This document shows, piece after piece, positions 29,417 to 37,622 of a DNA stretch of 56,621 nt. The notes under the pieces were generated by a model that worked only from the letters and a program-made list of their open reading frames with translations, was not told the DNA's origin and searched no databases. Positions within the stretch are counted from its first letter, which is position 1; each line of letters begins with the position of its first letter. This stretch comes from Candidatus Saccharimonadales bacterium (GTDB taxonomy: Bacteria > Patescibacteriota > Saccharimonadia > Saccharimonadales > JACDFO01). The stretch is taken from NCBI GenBank assembly GCA_038255465.1, contig JBBSLJ010000005.1, positions 1 through 56,621 on the forward strand, read 5' to 3'. The translations under genes and the position numbers were made by a program.

Positions 29417-30723
29417 TACTTGTTACGGTAATCTTTTAGTATGCTGACAGTACGTTGAACACTGTGGCGTTCTTCTTCACCGGTATGCAGATCCTTTAGC
29501 ACCAATTGCTCGTCCTCGAGCTCACGCTCACCTATAAAAAGTACAAACTGAATATCCTTTTTAGCGGCACTTTTAAGCTGTTTATCGGGCTTACGGCCCG
29601 ACATATCAACTGACAATTTGATTCCCATTTCACGTAGATCCTGGATCATGTTTTGTGCTTGTAAGTACACGTCGCCGACAAGAATCAGACAGGCATCTGC
29701 CTCGGGCCTTAAGATAGGCTGTAGGTTATGTGTTTCCAGAAAATTCTGAAGCGTGACGTCACCCATGCCGAAGCCAACAGTTGGGACCGGCTCTACACCG
29801 AACAGGCCAACTAAACCATTGTAACGGCCGCCGCCGAACATGGAGCGATTATTCTCGGGGTTGTTATCGAAAACTTCAAAAACTATATCCGTATAGTAAT
29901 CAAACCCGCGCATTAGTGTTGGGTCAAAAACAACATTGGAAATTTTGGATTCTTTAAGCAGCGTCAGCAATGTCTTAAGCTCAAGTACTGACTCGTGATT
30001 TTTTAACTCTTCAGCTATATCATCCAGTGATTTCAATTTCAAAAATGCAAATAAACGACCCGCATTACCTGCCTCGCGTTGGCTTGGGCTAAATAGCGCC
30101 TCCGCTTGGGCGGCAAACGCCGCAGGGTCCATCTTGTGCATGCGGTCTATAAGCCGTATAAGCGTCTGGGCCTGTGTGTCATCCTCGCCCAACACATCTT
30201 TAAGCAATGTGTTGATTAGCTTGCGGCTATTAAGTTTAATGGAGTACATGTCCCGCTTGGCGCCGTAAGCCCGCATAATTGCATCAGCAACCTGAATAAT
30301 TTCGTGATCGGCTTCTATGCCGGCAATACCAAATAAATCCACATTGAGCTGCCAAAACTCGCGCAACCGTCCGCGCTGTGGCCGTTCGTATCTCCATAAG
30401 TTTGGAATCGAGTACCAGCGTACCGGGTAGGCCAGCTCTTGCCGTTTACCAGCCACCATACGGCTTACACTTGGCGTCATTTCAGTTCTAATAGTTACGC
30501 TGCGATCTCCGCGGTCAGTAAACGTATACGTTTGCTCGTTAACGATCTCATCTGAAGTTTTGCTTGCAAACAACTCGGTTGGCTCTAAGATTGGTGCGTC
30601 ATACTCTTCGTAGCCAAAACGCTCACATACTTGCCGCATAACGCCAAACATGTACTTTTGCAGGCGTTTATCTTCAGGATAAAAATCCCGCGCACCTTTA
30701 TATGGTTGTGTAGAAAGTGCCAT
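29416..30723 (-). CDS. hisS: histidine--tRNA ligase
   Basis: YKGARDF, IRTEMTPS, RYERPQRGRLREFWQ, RGFDYYT, GGGRY, GFGMG; GGAGG SD. Confidence 0.98.
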   Translation of the reverse strand: MALSTQPYKGARDFYPEDKRLQKYMFGVMRQVCERFGYEEYDAPILEPTELFASKTSDEIVNEQTYTFTDRGDRSVTIRTEMTPSVSRMVAGKRQELAYPVRWYSIPNLWRYERPQRGRLREFWQLNVDLFGIAGIEADHEIIQVADAIMRAYGAKRDMYSIKLNSRKLINTLLKDVLGEDDTQAQTLIRLIDRMHKMDPAAFAAQAEALFSPSQREAGNAGRLFAFLKLKSLDDIAEELKNHESVLELKTLLTLLKESKISNVVFDPTLMRGFDYYTDIVFEVFDNNPENNRSMFGGGRYNGLVGLFGVEPVPTVGFGMGDVTLQNFLETHNLQPILRPEADACLILVGDVYLQAQNMIQDLREMGIKLSVDMSGRKPDKQLKSAAKKDIQFVLFIGERELEDEQLVLKDLHTGEEERHSVQRTVSILKDYRNK

Positions 30724-30735
30724 AGTTGACCTCCA

Positions 30736-31647
30736 TTATAGCTTATCAATCGTAAGCTTGTTATTCTTAACCGTTATTATTAGATGTTCCCCGATTGGAA
30801 GCGGTAATGATGCCGCCTTATAACCCCTTGGAAATTCATACAAAATAGGTATGTTAGCTAAATAATCTCTCTTTGTTACTGACTGCTCAAATTCTTTTTC
30901 GTTTAACATATATGTTTCTGGAAAACTACCTATTAACAACCCGGTGATGTTTTCTTTTGCTCCAGGCAACAGCATAATCGAGTCAAGATTTCGTATAAAA
31001 TCCTGCCAAATTCTGTTTTTGGAAGTTATACAATCTTCACCTTCAAGTAGAAGAATGTAAGGTTCATTAAATTGTGGACAAAACTTGGTACCTTGCAATA
31101 AGTCAAAACTGTAGTTATTGCCACCCCATATTTTTCCTGTCATTTTGCCGGGTCGATAGACCTTAAATGAAATCTGATTATAGAGTCGACTCAGCTCTTG
31201 GTAATTTGATTTGTAAACAGCCTTGAGTGAATTAACGTACAGTTCAAGGAATTGCGGGTTTTTAATTCAGTTTCGTAACATCGGCCCCATTACGCCGCGC
31301 ATCATACCAAAAGCGGGTAATGCATTTACCAGAACCGTATTATCGGAATATCCTACAAAAATCTTGCGTTCATCAAGTTCAAGTGCGGGAATAAACTCTA
31401 AAAGTTCAATTGCATTAAAACCACCATCCCAGGCTATAACAATGTCAGCGTTCTGGGACGCCCGCTTTAGAGACTGTAAACGATCCGTTATTGACCGAGA
31501 ATCAAATATGTCATTTGCCCTAATATCGCCATAAATGCCGAGTTCCATATAGTTGCCTACTGTACGAGCTAACTGCTCAATCTCCACCATATCTTGCTGT
31601 GTTGCGCCAAGGCTCGTAATGCACACACCGACTTTAAGCTTGCTCAT
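30736..31647 (-). pseudogene. S66 family LD-carboxypeptidase / MccF-like peptidase interrupted by one in-frame TGA
   Basis: GGFNAIELL, IFVGYSDNT, GPML, LLEGED, PLPIG. I read the frame by hand from 31647 to 30736: it is continuous except for TGA at 31267-31269. Confidence 0.8.
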
Positions 31648-32479
31648 TCCTACCTATCCTTTCCCCAATCCAACTATCTATGTTTCCACAGGTAAGGTCA
31701 GTAATATCACTTAAATCAACTGCGAATTCTGGTACTCGATACTTATCATCTCCGATAGCCGGGTACTCGTCACGAGGCTTCCACTTAATCACGAGCGGCT
31801 CAACGCCTAGTGCTTCTTTGGTTGCCCAAAAACCTAAGCGTGCTGGCGTAAAATCGGGGAACGCATCAAAATCACAAAAAAGCACCGCCCTAGCTGCATA
31901 CAAACACATAAGTCTCGGGTAGTAATATGCCGCTTTAGAACCCGTTCGCCACCCATTTTCTAAAGCCTGTTCAAGATACCAGTTACTGATATCAAAGACA
32001 TTACTGTCTGTCGCTTGATTTCTAGCAGCTACTACGTCACATAGCGATTGCCAGTATTTCTGAAGCGTTACACCGTAGTTAGTGACAATACTACCGATTT
32101 CGGGCGCTTGTTTGGCCGTGGTAATTTTTTGCTTTACTATCTGCCCCTTCGGCAAAGCAATACGCGGACAAGCCATATTACTTTTTTTAGCATTTGAAGT
32201 CGTAAACTCGTCTTTTGCGTATGTAACGGTCCAAGGCCGCAAGCCTAGTTCATTTGACCTGGAGGCATAATCCAAATCTCCCACCGTTGGTCTGGCAAGA
32301 TATTCAGCTCTAACTGACGGCACCACATCACCATCTAGTGCAAACGCACCGGCTACTAGCTGGTCCGCTAAATAGTTTTTAAGCTCTTTTTGCAAAGAGG
32401 CATCAACACGACGATTGCCCATAATTTCAGCGGCATCATCGGCAGATACATAGTTAATTTCATTCATTATTTTCTCCAA
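31634..32479 (-). CDS. uncharacterised protein (281 aa; alternative start 32467)
   Basis: Long ORF, first gene after the attenuator; overlaps the S66 gene start by 14 nt. Confidence 0.8.
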   Translation of the reverse strand: MEKIMNEINYVSADDAAEIMGNRRVDASLQKELKNYLADQLVAGAFALDGDVVPSVRAEYLARPTVGDLDYASRSNELGLRPWTVTYAKDEFTTSNAKKSNMACPRIALPKGQIVKQKITTAKQAPEIGSIVTNYGVTLQKYWQSLCDVVAARNQATDSNVFDISNWYLEQALENGWRTGSKAAYYYPRLMCLYAARAVLFCDFDAFPDFTPARLGFWATKEALGVEPLVIKWKPRDEYPAIGDDKYRVPEFAVDLSDITDLTCGNIDSWIGERIGRNEQA

Positions 32480-32495
32480 AATGTTGTTAGTACAT

Positions 32496-32523
32496 AAAAA
32501 AACGCCGGAGCATGTCCGGCGTT
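32496..32523 (-). terminator. intrinsic terminator within a 5' leader (attenuator)
   Basis: AACGCCGGA-CATGC-TCCGGCGTT-TTTTT, in the sense orientation between the promoter and the first CDS. Confidence 0.85.
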
Positions 32524-32545
32524 ATATTTTTAGAGAAATAGTAAA

Positions 32546-32602
32546 CTAACCGACGAGCTCCGGCAAAATATGCAGATGGGGGTTAATTTGACTAATATAC
32601 AT
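32546..32602 (-). CDS. putative leaderless leader peptide MYISQINPHLHILPELVG
   Basis: ATG is the 7th nt after a perfect TATAAT. The ORF contains GCCGGAGC (32557-32564), complementary to the terminator 3' arm. Confidence 0.7.
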   Translation of the reverse strand: MYISQINPHLHILPELVG

Positions 32603-32608
32603 AATTAT

Positions 32609-32637
32609 ATTATACTACACTGATTATTTGTTGTCAA
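32609..32637 (-). promoter_or_regulatory. perfect-consensus sigma70 promoter
   Basis: TTGACA-N17-TATAAT. Confidence 0.9.
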
Positions 32638-32688
32638 TACAGGGGTTTTTTGACCGGACTTTGCTGGTACTAAAGTATACTTAGAAGC

Positions 32689-32958
32689 ATGTACCGTAAG
32701 CGCCATGATCAAGCAGTCGATATCTGGAGTTCGGCTCACTTCTTTGAGGGAATCGTTTTTGTTCAATTTCTTCCGCCATTAGTTGCCCTCGCACTGCTGG
32801 CCGCCTGGGAACCATTTGAGAATTTTGTTTTATCGCCCCTGCTTTGGCGCTACTTTAAAATAAACTTTGGTCACGAGAGCCTGCGCAATGCCCTTGGTGA
32901 CATTTACTTTGATGCGCTTGGTATCGCTATCGGCTTGGTATTGTTGCAGCTTTATTAG
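32689..32958 (+). CDS. small membrane protein with conserved-looking H, WE and E..N..GD residues
   Basis: 89 aa, about 3 hydrophobic segments; TATACT 7 nt before ATG. Confidence 0.7.
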   Translation: MYRKRHDQAVDIWSSAHFFEGIVFVQFLPPLVALALLAAWEPFENFVLSPLLWRYFKINFGHESLRNALGDIYFDALGIAIGLVLLQLY

Positions 32959-33031
32959 TAGGATTTTATACACAAGTATGTGCTATAGTAGGCATTAGCA
33001 ATATAAAATAACAACAAAGGCTACTCATACA

Positions 33032-33139
33032 ATGTCAGTCGCAGAAATCAATCAGCTAGCAGGAGCCATACTCGGCGCTTCAATAGCAGTAGTTACTGCT
33101 GTCGTGCTAAAAAGCTACGCAGCCAGCAAAGATTATTAA
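33032..33139 (+). CDS. putative 35-aa single-TM protein
   Basis: Manual translation MSVAEINQLAGAILGASIAVVTAVVLKSYAASKDY; upstream TGCTATAGT extended -10. Confidence 0.45.
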   Translation: MSVAEINQLAGAILGASIAVVTAVVLKSYAASKDY

Positions 33140-33185
33140 AACAGAAGATTAACTGCTCTTTACGTTTCGCCACACGAAAGTATGG

Positions 33186-33854
33186 TTATTTTTTCGCTTT
33201 CAAAACCATTTCTATTTGCGGAACTGGTGTCATGTATTCCGGCCTGTCTTCATCTATAATCACCACCGTGTCAGTTATTTCAAATCCAAAATGTTTATAA
33301 AAATCTATAGCGTTTTGATTGTAGCTTACGACCTCAAGTAAAATATCATGATCGCGGCCGTATATATCTAATACCTGGCGCATTAGTTTGCCGCCAATGC
33401 CTTGCTTCTGAACCTCTGGATCTACATATATAGCCCATATGTGTCTGGTATTGTGTTCATCAATACTTATGTCAGTAAAGCCAACCGTTTTGTCGTCAAA
33501 TTTGGCAACAAATATTTTTTTATTTGGATCGTCATTTGCTAGTTGCTGCTTTAAATAAGCAATACGCCTTGGTACGAATACACCATTCTGGCCTTGGGCA
33601 TTGAGCTTGATCGCGTCAGCCGTAATGCCCAGCTCTGCGTTTGGGTAGGCTCCCATCCAGGCACGGTCACGAATATCACAAATAATTTCAGCATCTTCAG
33701 GAGTTGCAGGTAAAATCTCAACATGCGACTTATAAGTCTCGTGGGTATGGATAACTTTTTGCCTATTAATTACAAGATATGATGGTGCGGCAGAAGCCAG
33801 TCTGCTTGAACCTTTTGACAGTATAAGTGATTGGCTACTTAGCAGTCCAGACAT
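33186..33854 (-). CDS. GNAT family N-acetyltransferase (start uncertain)
   Basis: ILPATPEDA...IYVDPEVQKQGIGGKLM...NQNAIDFYKHFGF. The annotated N-terminus crosses the att-like site. Confidence 0.85.
   Translation of the reverse strand: MSGLLSSQSLILSKGSSRLASAAPSYLVINRQKVIHTHETYKSHVEILPATPEDAEIICDIRDRAWMGAYPNAELGITADAIKLNAQGQNGVFVPRRIAYLKQQLANDDPNKKIFVAKFDDKTVGFTDISIDEHNTRHIWAIYVDPEVQKQGIGGKLMRQVLDIYGRDHDILLEVVSYNQNAIDFYKHFGFEITDTVVIIDEDRPEYMTPVPQIEMVLKAKK
33783..33812. repeat. degenerate direct copy of the tRNA-Leu 3' end (att-like junction)
   Basis: TGGTGCGG-14 nt-CTTGAACC here, against TGGTGCGG-9 nt-CTTGAACC at 39569-39593. Confidence 0.6.
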
Positions 33855-33977
33855 TGACTGGATTTTACAGCTAAGAGAAGCGTCAAGAACAAAGTTTGTT
33901 CAGCAGTATCAGCTCTGATATGAGTGTGCTATTACTCTCGCTAGACGCCATTTGAACCTTTATCTATAATCAGCTAT

Positions 33978-34763
33978 ATGCCAAAGCCACCCTATTACCG
34001 TATTTTTCTAAAAGAAAACTCAAAGACATATCTTCTGTGCCGATTATGGCAACAGAAATCAGATGAAAGCCTTATGTTGCAAGTTGAGCCTAGTAAAACA
34101 GGTGGTAGTGCAACAGTTGGCAAAATTGAAATCACTAGCGACACATTTGAAATTAACTACGAAGATATAGACACTCCCGCAGAAATAGAGCATACCAACA
34201 TACACGCTTCTGGTATGTCGCATACCAAACTTAAAGACGGCACTTACCGATTTAATTACGATAAAGATAACAAAGGCATACCGCTTACGGAGCTAAAGAC
34301 AATCAAACATCTAGGCACTCTATTAAGCCGAGAAATGACAGAAGCTGACGAAAAGTCAGCAGAAAGAGCAAATGATGTGCCTATTGAGCGTAATGCAGGG
34401 CAGAAGTTCAGTGTATTAGACGTATTGGCTGTACCAAAAGGTATTAACTTTAATTTCAGTGCTGATTGGGATATGGAAAATGACCGACCAGTTCAGCTCA
34501 ATGTCGGTATGCACCGATTATCGTTCAACGGTTATGACGTTATTATCTTTACCCGCAGTAGCGACCAGTTTGATGAAGTACCTAGTAAAACATTGCATTT
34601 ACCCGATATGAACAATATCGTACCTTTTGTTACAAAACTGAACGGCAAACAAGCCATAATCAAATTATCAACACTCACATTTGATGAAGTGATTAAACCG
34701 CAAGACCCGAACGACCCTTACGCTGGTTTTACAGTTATTACGGCAACTCCAAAGTGGCTTTGA
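33978..34763 (+). CDS. hypothetical protein (261 aa), island cargo
   Basis: Long AT-rich ORF; TATAAT 7 nt before ATG; HTNIHASGMSH motif. Confidence 0.75.
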   Translation: MPKPPYYRIFLKENSKTYLLCRLWQQKSDESLMLQVEPSKTGGSATVGKIEITSDTFEINYEDIDTPAEIEHTNIHASGMSHTKLKDGTYRFNYDKDNKGIPLTELKTIKHLGTLLSREMTEADEKSAERANDVPIERNAGQKFSVLDVLAVPKGINFNFSADWDMENDRPVQLNVGMHRLSFNGYDVIIFTRSSDQFDEVPSKTLHLPDMNNIVPFVTKLNGKQAIIKLSTLTFDEVIKPQDPNDPYAGFTVITATPKWL

Positions 34764-34905
34764 TTTGTGTCGCACAATGAGTATTGCACGACATGCCCTA
34801 ACAGGGGTAGAGTCGTTTATTTAGCGACATAAGAGCTTGTCAAGTGCTAGTGCTGTTTTCGCCCACCCCTGTTATTTTACATATTATACAATAACGGGTT
34901 ATGGG

Positions 34906-35238
34906 CTAAACTTTGCTATGAAACCAGTCGGTTGACTCAAGCACTTGGTCGCGCAATTTAGCTAAGACCATTTCGCCATATTGCTCACGAGATTTACGCT
35001 TAATCTCTTCCCACTCGCTATCAGCCATAAAAGCTGCCCACTGCTTTTCAAGTGTTGCTTTATCTGACCACTCCAATATGTATACAAACTCAGTCTTACC
35101 TTCAGATTCCGAAAACCACATGGCTTTTATATTAAATCCATAGGATTGCATAATCCGTACAGCGTACTTACGAAACCGAGTATCAAAAGCGGTCTTTAAG
35201 TCTGGTTTTATTTGGTAAATTCTTAACTGATGGATCAT
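34906..35238 (-). CDS. NIPSNAP family protein
   Basis: MIHQLRIYQIKP...FVYILEWSD...WAAFMADSEW; start set at ATG 35238. Confidence 0.85.
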   Translation of the reverse strand: MIHQLRIYQIKPDLKTAFDTRFRKYAVRIMQSYGFNIKAMWFSESEGKTEFVYILEWSDKATLEKQWAAFMADSEWEEIKRKSREQYGEMVLAKLRDQVLESTDWFHSKV

Positions 35239-35276
35239 AGGTATAAGTGTAGCAAAAAAGTTGTATAATAATCTCA

Positions 35277-35600
35277 ATGACTTTACCAGAAGAACGTGGA
35301 GTAGAATTCCGATCAGAATTTGTAGACCAGATAGTTGGTTTTTTCGGGGAGCAATTTAATACTCTACAACCTAAAGAGCGTGGTCATTCGATAGGAGTAA
35401 TAGCAAATACACTAGCAACATTAGCGGTCAACCAAGCTAACGCTGTTGATGCAGATGGAATGGCTGCCACCTTACACACACTCAGCCCTCGCAGTAACGA
35501 ACTTATTGAAACTCTGGTACAAGATGAATCAGCAAGTTATCTATTCCCTCAAAGTGCACGAATCTGTGAAGTTATTCGTGAGGCACTCGCTAGTCGTTAG
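35277..35600 (+). CDS. hypothetical protein (107 aa)
   Basis: TATAAT 7 nt before ATG; fills the gap between convergent and divergent neighbours. Confidence 0.6.
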   Translation: MTLPEERGVEFRSEFVDQIVGFFGEQFNTLQPKERGHSIGVIANTLATLAVNQANAVDADGMAATLHTLSPRSNELIETLVQDESASYLFPQSARICEVIREALASR

Positions 35601-35601
35601 A

Positions 35602-36075
35602 TTACATTGCTCCTTTTGCGTTTTGGTCTACTAGACCACCGATAACAACAGCCCAGTAAATCTCTTCGTCTCCCTCGTAGATAAACTCTTTAACCGTATG
35701 ATCGGCAACATCACCCTCAGTGGTACTTTTGTAGGTCAGGTTATCTTTCTTATATTCAGCAGGTCCACGAAACGGGTTATCTTCACCAGGATGTTGTAAT
35801 GCTTCTCTCAAGAAGTCATAAACAGCATCTGCTGGACGGGTTGTCTGTCCGTAGTAAGCCTCAAGAAACAACGGCTGTTCTTTATAGAAAACAACTAAGC
35901 GTCCACCGTATGGCTCACCACCAAAGAAGTTGTCGTGCATGCGGTAGTCGCCTTCACTATATTCAATAGTCCGTGAACCGTCTTTTTCTTTAACGGTCTT
36001 TGCAGTTCCATTTGCATGAGGCATGTTTGCCTTCATTAGGAACTTCTTGAGTTCGTTCAGGTTGATGCTAGCCAT
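35602..36075 (-). CDS. DUF5680-like protein
   Basis: DGSRTIEYSEGDYRMHDNFFGGEPYGG...FLREAL...PFRGPAEY...GGL; start set at ATG 36075. Confidence 0.7.
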   Translation of the reverse strand: MASINLNELKKFLMKANMPHANGTAKTVKEKDGSRTIEYSEGDYRMHDNFFGGEPYGGRLVVFYKEQPLFLEAYYGQTTRPADAVYDFLREALQHPGEDNPFRGPAEYKKDNLTYKSTTEGDVADHTVKEFIYEGDEEIYWAVVIGGLVDQNAKGAM

Positions 36076-36601
36076 TTGTTCGCTCACTATTCGATTCCTT
36101 GGCAGCCTGTAATAACGCAAGGTCACGAACCTTTATAAACTTGCCCTCATAATTTGTTGGCTCATCTTGCTCAAGAAGTGAGATTGCTCTATCAATATCT
36201 TCAGCCCAAACAATAGAGAACTGTTCTCTGAGTTCCTTGTCTGTAAAATCTGGTTCGCCTTTTTTGCCTACCTGCTTAGCGATAAAACAATAAGATGTCT
36301 GCACTAACTCAAATTGGTCACGATATTCTACAATTTCACCAACTTCTCCAGTTACTTCAGCACTACATCCTATTTCTTCTAATAACTCACGCTCAAGTGC
36401 CGTTGGTATATCTTCACCCTCATCGACACCACCTCCAGGCAGCTTGTGGTAGTCATAAAGCCCAACTCTAAGCAGAGCAACCTTACCAGCATTATCTGAT
36501 ACCACTGCACGAGCAGCTTCACGCTTACGAAAATTAGAAGTGTCTATGGCTGGTGCTTCTGGCGTTATGTCTTGTTCGTTGATTGTAAGTATATTTCTCA
36601 T
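36068..36601 (-). CDS. NUDIX hydrolase
   Basis: Nudix box GGGVDEGEDIPTALERELLEEIG. Confidence 0.92.
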   Translation of the reverse strand: MRNILTINEQDITPEAPAIDTSNFRKREAARAVVSDNAGKVALLRVGLYDYHKLPGGGVDEGEDIPTALERELLEEIGCSAEVTGEVGEIVEYRDQFELVQTSYCFIAKQVGKKGEPDFTDKELREQFSIVWAEDIDRAISLLEQDEPTNYEGKFIKVRDLALLQAAKESNSERTNG

Positions 36602-37059
36602 ATATGTTCTCTTATCTTAGTAGCGATTTCATCAAGCACTTCATCGCTGACCATATTTATTTTATCTTCGTCAATGTGGCTCCCAAATAATGGATCATCG
36701 AATACTATTCCTGCTACTTCTGGTGCAATCTTATATCTTGGATAAATATGCCAGTGGATATGAGGGCTGTAAGGCTCCGTCTTGAATGCGTGGTTCATAT
36801 TGCATTCTATATTTAGCACCTCAGCTCTAAATGCTTTTCGATAAGTATCTTCGAGCTTCCTCATGATTTCTTGAAAGTCTAGTAGCTCTTCACTGGTTAG
36901 TTCGCTAATACTACCTTTATGTTTATTTAATGTTGCGTATGCACGTCCCAAATACGGTTGGTCGTTATATATACCAACACTCCAATTCTCCGTCACTAAT
37001 ATTTGATGCTTTTTGTTAGGTGATTCCAGAAATTCACAGGCATCGCATTTTTTATTCAT
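36598..37059 (-). CDS. HIT family hydrolase
   Basis: Histidine triad PHIHWHIYPR; N-terminal CxxC; TGA stop overlaps the NUDIX ATG. Confidence 0.9.
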   Translation of the reverse strand: MNKKCDACEFLESPNKKHQILVTENWSVGIYNDQPYLGRAYATLNKHKGSISELTSEELLDFQEIMRKLEDTYRKAFRAEVLNIECNMNHAFKTEPYSPHIHWHIYPRYKIAPEVAGIVFDDPLFGSHIDEDKINMVSDEVLDEIATKIREHI

Positions 37060-37319
37060 ACAATAATAATAACAGGGCTAAACAGCATTAGCCATATTAC
37101 TTCGACATATACTCCAAAGCTTGTCCAGTGGTCTGAGAATGCGTCACAGAGGGTGTTTTGGTTGAGGGTTCTTATTCACTAAATGTGCCCTTTGATGTTG
37201 CAGTCCACCTGCCCCTGAGATTTTTTTGGAATATACACCGTCTAACGCCATTTACTCGTATAATCACTTACTTTCCTCACACCAAAATCTGCGAAATCAT
37301 TGCAAAAACAACGGATTTT

Positions 37320-37553
37320 CTATGGTAGTGTAAAGAAACTGAATACCACTTCATTTTGCCTTTGTTTCGCCGCCAGCATCCTGTCCCTAAACACTTCATT
37401 GTTCCTCATGTAATAAAAGAAAGTGGTCCGACTAATCCCTGCCCATCGGGACGCTTCAGCAATTGTAGAATTATGCTGCAAGGCATCTTCAAGACGAAGC
37501 ATGGTGGTGTAGGTTACTTTTGGTTTTCGTCCTATAGCTTTTCTTATATCCAT
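37320..37553 (-). CDS. small helix-turn-helix DNA-binding protein
   Basis: 77 aa, AAGGAG SD; GRKPK...TIAEASRWAGISRTTFFYY. Confidence 0.7.
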   Translation of the reverse strand: MDIRKAIGRKPKVTYTTMLRLEDALQHNSTIAEASRWAGISRTTFFYYMRNNEVFRDRMLAAKQRQNEVVFSFFTLP

Positions 37554-37622
37554 TAGACTCCTTTGTTTTTCGGCGTTATCTCTGTTCTAATTATACTAAA
37601 TTAGCATAACCATAAAATATAC

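Noticed and set aside
30735-30740. TATAAT just upstream of hisS as an internal promoter
   Set aside because: No good -35 or TG extension, and the predicted +1 would cut off the GGAGG SD. It is not fully excluded without TSS data.
31267-31269. Genome-wide TGA recoding (code 25 or 4) as the explanation for the S66 in-frame stop
   Set aside because: TGA is a true stop elsewhere, for example the HIT/NUDIX ATGA overlap at 36598-36601. No core gene contains an internal TGA.
37156-37287. Imperfect inverted repeat and a possible 35-aa ORF between the HIT and HTH genes
   Set aside because: The match is about 12 bp with an indel, there is no target duplication, and the ORF has no start signals.
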